From Tubiluchus corallicola (Eukaryota > Animalia > Priapulida): a DNA stretch of 7,321 nt. Where the stretch lies: NCBI GenBank assembly GCA_030141605.1, contig JAQGDQ010002232.1:1-7321 (forward strand), written 5' to 3'. Both the position numbers and the translations under genes were made by a program. Below, one piece after another: positions 1-6,552 of the stretch. Every line of letters begins with the position of its first letter. The stretch's first letter is position 1. Under the pieces are notes generated by a model that saw only the letters and a program-made list of their open reading frames with translations, was not told the DNA's origin and did not search any database.

Positions 1-84
1 TGGCCGACATCGCTTTGTTTACGCAATGCGCCCAAAAAGCCTGGGAGCTCTACTACCCCCCCCCCCCCACTCCATATGCTAGTG
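1..84. mobile_element. Probable right terminus of a related MITE that extends beyond the window start
   Basis: A C13 run (56-68) is followed by ACTCCATATGCTAGTG. Its reverse complement, CACTAGCATATGGAGTGGGGG, resembles the termini of the 2528-3129 element. The partner end is not in the window. Confidence 0.4.
56..68. repeat. Poly-C homopolymer (13 nt)
   Basis: Read directly from the sequence. Confidence 0.95.
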
Positions 85-155
85 GCAACTAAACGGAATG
101 AGCTACAATTAAAAAGCAATAATGTGAATGTAGGGTAATCATAATCTTCTGGTAA

Positions 156-332
156 GGAACTCCATGGATAAAATACAAAATTAAGGATGAAAACAAGTTT
201 CAAGCAGTAGTTCCGCACCCAGTAACGCGCAGGACAGAAATATGGGAAACAGCAGCAAAAGTTAAAAACGAGTCGTTCGTGCAACCTGTGTCGAGAGACC
301 CCGAGAGCATCTATCCATACAAAAGGCTCAAA
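156..332 (+). other. Stop-free coding-like stretch ending at a consensus splice donor; either an internal exon or a LINE linker relic
   Basis: It reads GTPWIKYKIKDENKFQAVVPHPVTRRTEIWETAAKVKNESFVQPVSRDPESIYPYKRLK, followed by GTAAGT at 333-338. GC is higher than in the flanks. The acceptor is weak (AAG at 154-156). TPWI and DPESIYPY also resemble the PWI...NPKxFYxY motifs found between the LINE endonuclease and RT domains. Confidence 0.3.
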
Positions 333-1006
333 GTAAGTACTGATTTTCGATAAACTGCAAATGCAGTCAAATTGTTAATTTGTACACTGTGGTGCAAATG
401 TATATGCACTAATTTTAATACGAATCTGTACACGTATTCGTAAAGGAAGAGTAAAATCAACTTGAGGTTATTATATAAAATAAGCTGGCTCTGAGTATCA
501 TAGCCAAGTTATGTTGTCACGGAAATATTGCACTGTATTGCAGAATTGACGTCTAACATAGTCTCAATCATTTTCGTTGACTGCCCAATCAGCGTGCAAG
601 TTATTTCACGGCCAGTTTTCTTTTCTGGCCAGTTTTTATAAACCTCAATGAATAGTCAAACAGTCAGAGTTAATTCAAATGTGGTCAAAACCTATATTAC
701 ACATCAATGTAGTATTAGCTATTTTTCTGGTTATAATCATGGTTAAAAGATGCTATTGGGACTTATGTAACTCGGGCATTCAATATAAGGGTCGCCTATG
801 GAATGGAATAATCAAATTTATTCCATTTCCTTAGCCTAACATACGGAAAAATGCAAAAACTGAATAAATCTTGCAGACGAGCACATGATCAGTTAATATA
901 GAAAAAATACATCGCAGGCATGAATGATGTTAATATGTTCAAAGGCAAGAGAGACTTAACATTTTTGTTGCTCATTTATTGTAAAGCAAGGCTAACTGGT
1001 TTAGTT

Positions 1007-1288
1007 TCTTTATTATACTTATGTCTATGTATTTTGTAATGCTTTGAAACTTACCAACTTTTTTGGCTACTTAAAGTGTTAATTTCGTTTAAAAATAGCT
1101 GCTGCTCTGTAAATTGTTGATGAAAAAGTGCAATCAGTTTATCTGCTGATTAGACTTTAGTTGTGACTGTCATGCTGTTTTTTAGTTCAGTTTGGTTTAG
1201 CTTAGACAGTTGTTGTTCAGTACGAGCTGTTGTTCCGAAAGCCACTACAGCGGAGGCGGAGCGATAGATCAATATGTTTGACGTCAAT
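1007..1288 (+). mobile_element. Truncated diverged copy (A) of the same Helitron-like repeat, in the opposite orientation to copy B
   Basis: Collinear reverse-complement anchors link it to copy B. TTTTTTGGCTACTTAAA at 1059-1075 is the exact reverse complement of 4969-4985 (17/17). TTGACGTCAA at 1278-1287 pairs with 4775-4784. The CGGAGGC/GCCTCCG, AGTTGTTGTT/AACAACAACT, CTGCTGATTAGAC/GTCTAATGAGCAG and GTCTATG/CATAGAC blocks also pair. A possible degenerate 5' end TCTTTATTATA starts at 1007. Confidence 0.75.
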
Positions 1289-1712
1289 TACTCTTGTTTC
1301 ATTGTCATTGTAAAATATCATCAATGTAAAAATGTAATATTCATCAATAATTAAGCGCATATTTTAATTATTTATTGTTGTTTTCGATATAAAACTAAAA
1401 TTACATACATTTAGCGAAAATTGCTACAAATTAAACTCAAGTCGGTATTTGTTTGCATCGAAAATGCGAAAGTAATTGAATTCAGGGCATTCAGTCGCCC
1501 AAGTTTTGCTCTCCCACCTATTTTTGCAAAAATTCAAACCTTTTACATAAAGTTAAAAAGTTAAAAACATTCAATAAAAACTCAGATAAAATATTTTCGA
1601 AGAATAAAAATCAACCATGTCGTCGCAACAAAATTAAGCGTTTTCGATATCTCAGCCTCAAACTTCATAATGCCCAGACGCTTCTTTAAGAGTCGCCCAG
1701 TGGGACATTGTG

Positions 1713-1895
1713 GAAAGTAATGTGAAGGAATATCAAGCATGGATAGAACGCTGGTTGACTGGTAGGGAATAGTTGAATGGTGAACGAGTACAATGTGTAC
1801 AAACACCGAACAATGTGATGACTGCCGTGTTCATCTACTATATTTATCTCTTAGAGGAAAGAAGTAAGAGAATAAATTTCAGTAATTTTTGCATC
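1713..1895 (+). mobile_element. Second decayed CR1-type LINE reverse-transcriptase fragment
   Basis: One frame reads YQAWIERWLTGRE*LNGERVQ...AVFIYYIYLLEERSKRINFSNF, with W at 1740-1742 and a stop at 1770-1772. This resembles CR1 RT WIxxWLxxRxQRVVLNG...LLFxIYINDL...ISKFADD. The GVPQGS and ADD motifs are not preserved. Confidence 0.65.
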
Positions 1896-1924
1896 ACCCA
1901 ATCTAAACTCTTTTTACCTCACAA

Positions 1925-2425
1925 TTATAGATTATTTAAAGTACATAGATAGAGAAGCGAAATTGTAACACCAACAAATCAACTGGTCTTTAAAATAAAA
2001 TGGCAGTGTATATTATAACTCCAGTCCTTAATGTTCAAGTTATCCATTACCATAGATATTTTCCCCAATGAACTTTTACCCCTATATATATATATATATA
2101 TATATGAGAGATTAATTAAAATATTGACTAACATCTTTAATAATCACCTGTTAGGCTTCCAGTAGGATCACCCAATTATAAGAATTCGCCGCCAAAATCA
2201 CCGACAAGCGAAAAATAAGCTATCCAAAGCTTATCACATGTGGATTTTTTTACATTCTAACAAAAGCTTTTGACACTGTACAATACTATAATGCTAATAC
2301 CTATATTTTGACATACAGCATGCGAAGATTTCCTTTACTACCTAAAGTTTCTTACCTAAAAATCATACTTAGTTAACGCATTAACAGCTGCAAGTCAGCA
2401 CATTACTTAACATAACCGCGTAATC
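1925..2425 (+). mobile_element. Decayed non-LTR retrotransposon (CR1/L2-type LINE) ORF2 fragment, N-terminal half of the reverse transcriptase
   Basis: The frame from 2182 reads EFAAKITDKRKISYPKLITCGFFYILTKAFDTVQY...TYSMRRFPLLPKVSYLK. This matches the LINE RT pattern (T/C)GIFLDLxKAFDTV...YGIRGxPLxxxxSYL, with KAFDTV at 2263-2280. Collinear motifs occur in shifted frames. Upstream are SEIVTP, INWSLK, ITPV, IYERLIK and NIFNNHLLGFQ*DH (cf. NILxxxQFGFRxxHST; GF at 2154-2159). Downstream are NHT*, RINSCKS and LNIT. Multiple stops and frameshifts are present and the boundaries are approximate. Confidence 0.88.
2083..2105. repeat. (TA)11 microsatellite
   Basis: An uninterrupted TA run covers 2083-2104, plus one T, and is followed by GAGAGA. 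Confidence 0.97.
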
Positions 2426-2527
2426 TAAACACTTTTCAGAAGTAAGTAACGCCTTCTACATTTTACGTGCCTGGCCTTCTACTTCAATTGACTACCAGTA
2501 CAGGAAGCAACAGGATGATAATCTAAC

Positions 2528-3129
2528 CATACGCGTATGGACGGGAGTTTCACAAGGGGGGCAGAAGGAACTTGCCCTGAAAATTTTCTGAATTGCCCTA
2601 GCTTGATTTCGAAATAAATGCAAGCTGAACGGGCTGCATAATAATGTAGGGTATAGACTGATAAACGTGTCTAAAACGCAAAGTATTTACAATTATAGGT
2701 CTAAATTTTAAAATATGCAATTACTTTCAGATATACTTTTAGATTTCTAACGTTTCAGAAATTCAAAAGAATTAATGGTGACGGCCCTGTGTTTTCCTTT
2801 TTGCCAACATGTTTATAGCCCTGTCAATACATTGATGGGCATGTATTTAAAATTGTATAAAACACTTAATTACCAGGTTTAGTGAACTAAAATTTATTGC
2901 AGGCACTATTATTAACTTTAAAATTTTAAAACAGTTTGTCGTACAAGAAGCATTTTAACTGCAGCCAGTAAAAAGAAGTAATGCAGTACGTACTGGGTAT
3001 TTAATCTTAAATTTTGCCCTGTAAATAACCAACTTTTGCCCTGAAAATGTTTAATTCATTTGTTCTGGGAGGCAAATGTAAATGTTTAATTCAACCGCCC
3101 TCCTTGACCCCCAGTCTCGTACGCCAATG
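2528..3129. mobile_element. MITE / non-autonomous DNA transposon (about 602 bp) with GC-rich imperfect TIRs, possibly hAT-type
   Basis: The left end is CATACGCGTATGGACGGGAG from 2528, and the reverse complement of the right end is CATTGGCGTACGAGACTGGGGG (ending at 3129). The subterminal motif TTGCCCTGAAAAT occurs at 2572-2584 and 3036-3048, with a variant TTGCCCTGTAAAT at 3014-3026. The interior is AT-rich. The 8-bp flanks (AATCTAAC / ATTACATC) match only 4/8, so there is no convincing TSD. Confidence 0.62.
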
Positions 3130-3179
3130 ATTACATCAAAGTAATAATTGCTATTGCTGTAGCTGTTATTGATGCAGTA

Positions 3180-3630
3180 AATCGGCCATTCTGAGATCTC
3201 GAGATTTTGCAACGCATCAGTCTCGCTCTGGGGCTTACAATGTCATGGTGCTTACTCAAGAAAATCTTCTGGCGTTGCTATATTGAACAAGTCTGCACAG
3301 ACGTGCCTGCGAGGTTACACTTCACTGATTTTTTCCTTTTCCTGTTTTGGTGTGTACTTCTACTATTCTTCTACAGCATCCAAACATTCCACTCCCGCAT
3401 CTCTTCGGTATTCCATTGCTTGCCCATAGTCCATTGCTGATGTCTCACTAAATTCACAATTAAGCTTATTTGGCAAATAAGTTAATAGCATGTTCTATGA
3501 TGCACCTATGCATCTCCATTCTTAATAAGCATCCATCCTTTCAAGATAGTTCCAATTTGTATGGCAGAACTGAGATCAAGTGATTTTTCAGGTCATTCAG
3601 TCCATTTGAAAGAATCATTACCAGAGTTTT
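3180..3630 (-). pseudogene. Degenerate coding-like segment, possibly the C-terminal part of a hAT transposase
   Basis: The minus strand is purine-rich and reads KTLVMILSNGLNDLKNHL.../IGTIL.../MDYGQAMEYRRDAGVECLDAVEE**KYTPKQEKEKISEV*PRRHVCADLFNIATPEDFLE*AP*HCKPQSETDALQ/RSQNGRF. This loosely echoes hAT ATxLDPR...YL...DPLxWWxxxxxRFP. Key residues are missing and the match is weak. Confidence 0.3.
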
Positions 3631-4112
3631 CGAATCGGTACGCTAAGGGTATATGCCCAAGATTCTAGGTTTTGCATATTGTGCGAGGCTTTCAACTAAG
3701 TGTAAACATCGTACATTCAAGTTTCCGATTCGAATGAGTAATTTTGATTCGAACCTAAAATTATAAAATCAAAAATCATCACTTCAACTACATAGTTATG
3801 TTCTTAATCGTTAAACTGTTTAAAATATCATTAATATCAAAACCGTTCAATTAGAATTTATGTGCCAAATTTCTAAACAAATTATTGGTGCTTTTACTGT
3901 AGAACAAAGTCAAGTAATATGCATGATCTTTGTGAGACCACTAGTTATTAGTGATTTGAAAACTTATTCAAATATCTTTAAACCTGAATTCGAATTAGTT
4001 TCGAATCCGATATCTCGAAATTCAGTTTGATTCGTGTTCAAAAGTCACAAATTCGAATCAAATCGAATTGTTTTTCTGGTAGAGGTTGCTCAGCCCCATT
4101 ATCTTTTTCGAA
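3620..4112. repeat. Cluster of TTCGAA palindromic motifs, resembling subterminal repeats of a hAT-type DNA transposon
   Basis: Perfect TTCGAA occurs at 3629, 3729, 3748, 3989, 4000, 4052 and 4107, with variants CTCGAA at 4014 and ATCGAA at 4062. They form two groups around an AT-rich spacer. I found only three other copies in the rest of the window (1596, 2608, 5022). The motif cluster is observed directly; the hAT link is inference. Confidence 0.6.
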
Positions 4113-4492
4113 GTCTCTGCTCGGGGCTCATAAGTGAAATTATGAAAGCTAGTCGTAAGCAATAACACAAATTGCAGGAACAAATGCGGTGCATTTACAT
4201 AGTATTATTTCACAACAAACTGAAGATGTCTGCGCGCGCGTTTTCATAATTCTTAGCCTTATAAAAGTTTTAGCCGTGTCATTAAGTGTTTTTGTAGTTT
4301 TTCATAACAATTTTGTGCTAATTGGCAAAACGCGAAAAATGGAAGTTGGGGCAGAAATAAGCCAAAAAATTAGGGTATGTAAAATTTAGAAAAACTTAGT
4401 TGAAAAAAAGGTTAAATATACTCAAATATCGTCGTCAGATATCAGTCTGTGTGCTTTTAGGTATTTGGAAATTAACTGCTTAGACGGTTCTC

Positions 4493-4512
4493 TAATTAAT
4501 TAATTAATTAAT
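4493..4512. repeat. (TAAT)5 self-complementary microsatellite
   Basis: TAATTAATTAATTAATTAAT is read directly from the sequence. Confidence 0.92.
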
Positions 4513-4713
4513 CTAAAATTAATTAGTATTCAGTTTGGTGAAGTTAACACTTCACGAAGAAGAAGAGTCTCTGACATTTTCCTTAAATTGGGCACCGCTC
4601 GATGGTCATTGTGACCCAGATTCTTGTTTTTTCAATTGGGTACAGGCAGAGTATTATCGTACCATAACTGCGCATATGTTGTGTGCGATTTCTAAATAAA
4701 AGCATGTGCTGTA

Positions 4714-5078
4714 CTGGTGCAGGCTAAAAGGAGTTGCCAGATAATAAGTAGAAGTGAGTTCAGCCAACTGGTCTTTGACGTCAAGCATATTGGTCTGTTG
4801 CTGTGCCTCCGTTGTGACGTAAGCATGGTGACGGGAATCGGAGACAGCAGCTTACATCAAACAACAACTCTTTAGTAAACAACATGACAACTATAACGTC
4901 TAATGAGCAGACGAACAGACATACACAACATTTGCAAGGCAGTAATTATTTTTACAAGAAATCAAAATTTTAAGTAGCCAAAAAATGTCTTTACAATTTA
5001 AGCAGAATGGAGCAACAAAGTTTCGAAGTGCTACAAAATTCATAGACTGAGTGGCTAGTTGGGTCATTATTATATAGA
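4714..5078 (-). mobile_element. Non-autonomous Helitron-like element, copy B (about 365 bp)
   Basis: The minus strand starts A|TCTATATAATAA at 5078, the Helitron 5'-TC after a host A. It appears to end CCAG|T at 4714, one change from CTAG|T, with no intact subterminal hairpin. Positions 4775-5047 align with the reverse complement of 1023-1287, so it is a dispersed repeat. No TSD is seen, which is expected for Helitrons. The 3' boundary is uncertain. Confidence 0.65.
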
Positions 5079-5235
5079 TTGTTATTAACCTTAATTATAA
5101 TGAAAAATAGCGTAAAATTGACTAAATTTCAGGATACTTATATTACATCGATTATGTAATATAAAATTTGACCACATGTGATTTACTTTGAACTTTGAAG
5201 ATCTTATTACCATTTGAAAAAAACTGACAAGGAAA

Positions 5236-5278
5236 GAAAACCTTTTGCTTGAAAATTTCTGAAAACATTTTGCTTGAA
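5236..5278. repeat. Local direct duplication with 25-bp period
   Basis: GAAAACCTTTTGCTTGAA (5236-5253) matches GAAAACATTTTGCTTGAA (5261-5278) at 17/18. Confidence 0.85.
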
Positions 5279-5371
5279 TGTGAGTTTCTATGAGTGTACT
5301 CGCTTACCCTATAATCCTGCCAGTTGCCATGATTCCACTGGGACGAGTTCAATTCTGCCGCTAGGCCTTAA

Positions 5372-6061
5372 AGCGCAAGAAAACCCTTCATAAACATAAA
5401 GCTTGAAAAATTCGTTTTGAAATTTTATATCACTTACATACTGCCTTTTTGCATGCAGGACTTCAATCGGCAGTCACGCTGTATAAAACATGTAAATTTA
5501 AACTCCCGCGATGACCGTTAGATGCAGCCATTTTCACGACAGGTCATTTGAAACAAGTTTAGATAACATTTTGTAAAGTTTGAAAAATAATCATAGCATT
5601 CGTAGCGCACAAGTCACTAACAAAATGAAATTTAAAATTACTGTATCTTGCCAATAAGATTAAAAATATGTTTTTTGGTCAGTGAGTGGTGCACCCTGGA
5701 GGGCGAGTCCGTGATATTTTACCAATTGGTGAAAAGATGAAAAGATTTTATATAATTAATAATTTTCTTTTCTAGCTACATAAGTCTTTCTAGCTGGTAA
5801 GCGAAATTCTAAGTAATATAGATTTACACGGAAAGTCTTTTGAGACATAATTTAACATTGCCTTTTCTTCCCTTGATTTACATTTAGTACGTGACGTCAT
5901 GTAATGGCGACTTCGGAACAGTATTGCGGGAGATATAAAATTAAAACAAACGAAAAATTCCTTTCAGTGCGAGTAAGATACAATCATAAAATTGCTATAA
6001 AGTAATATATTTTTTAAGGTGATTTTTCTGAAACCTACTTCAGGTACCCCTTTTCTTGTCT
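5372..6061. mobile_element. Non-autonomous DNA transposon (MITE) with TTAA target duplication, Kolobok-like
   Basis: TTAA lies at 5368-5371 and 6062-6065. The imperfect TIRs are AGCGCAAGAAAA on the left and, as reverse complement, AG-ACAAGAAAA on the right. Internal inverted arms pair CTCCCGCGATGACCGTT (5503-5519) with AACAGTATTGCGGGAG (5917-5932), and TTCGTTTTGAAATTTTATATC (5411-5431) with GATATAAAATTAAAACAAACGAA (5932-5954). A TTAA TSD with purine-purine termini fits Kolobok better than piggyBac, whose ends typically begin with CC. Confidence 0.72.
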
Positions 6062-6477
6062 TTAACTACAAGTAGCTGCCGCTTAATAGACTCACTTTAG
6101 GACCGACGTAATTGAACTTATTAACCAATGGGTGTAGTATTATTGCTCCAGAAGTATGAGTCATCAGCTTACTATGCACAGCAAAGGCTTTTAATCAATT
6201 TTAGAAACGAAGTAATGCCTAAATTCCTTTGTGCAGTAAAAAATTAGAAAAAAATATTTTAAAATATTAATTTATATAAGTGAATTAACAATAAATTAAA
6301 AAAGTATACTTTTCTAAATCACACAAGTCTGTTTATTTGCAATAATTACAAAAGTGCCTTCCTTCAAAGTTGGCTGCTGCATTTTCTCGCGAAGAAGTTG
6401 GCTCACAAAATTCTCGTAATTTTAAAAACATTGAAAATCTGCTGTTGTGCGTGACTAAGACTGTTCTGCTCACTTAC

Positions 6478-6552
6478 ATTCCTCTTATTTGCTGTACGAT
6501 GTTTACACTTGTAAGTCACAAGGAATACTGGCCGATTATACTGTACCTGCAT
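6478..6552 (-). CDS. Candidate short first coding exon of unknown product (MQVQYNRPVFLVTYKCKHRTANKRN)
   Basis: On the minus strand a TCAAAGATG start context is followed by 25 open codons and then GTAAGTGAG (6477-6469). An acceptor-like TTTCCTTTTGATGCTCTAG ends at 6595. I recognise no homology and this could be chance. Confidence 0.2.

Noticed and set aside
271-300. CxxC motif (SRSCNLCRE) suggesting a zinc finger
   Set aside because: It sits in a short frame bounded by stops, with no second metal-binding pair.
385-1712. CACTGTG (385-391) and CATTGTG (1706-1712) as an RSS-like or Transib TIR pair
   Set aside because: Similarity does not extend beyond the heptamer, and I see no nonamer at 12/23 spacing and no TSD.
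1582-1806. Supplied 74-aa minus-strand ORF
   Set aside because: It has a non-ATG start and no recognisable domain. It is antisense to the CR1 relic and crosses a probable repeat boundary.
3250-3434. Possible stop-codon reassignment (TAA/TAG read as Gln) in the minus-strand frame
   Set aside because: The same frame also contains TGA and needs frameshifts on either side. Ordinary decay explains it, and there is no long recoded ORF elsewhere in the window.
3207-3440. Supplied 77-aa hydrophobic ORF that looks like a membrane peptide
   Set aside because: It starts with TTG. The F/L richness reflects the pyrimidine-rich antisense of a purine-rich decayed frame on the other strand.
3629-4112. TTCGAA cluster as a CRISPR array or heat-shock element
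   Set aside because: The units are only 6-8 bp and irregularly spaced, with no repeat-spacer structure or cas genes. They do not form the contiguous alternating nGAAn arrays of an HSE.
4189-4389. Supplied 66-aa ORF
   Set aside because: It starts with GTG and has a low-complexity AT-rich composition with no motif, as expected by chance.
5152-5352. Supplied 66-aa minus-strand ORF as a whole gene
   Set aside because: It starts with TTG and runs through a local duplication and AT-rich sequence. Only the part before the GTAAGC donor is kept as a weak exon candidate.
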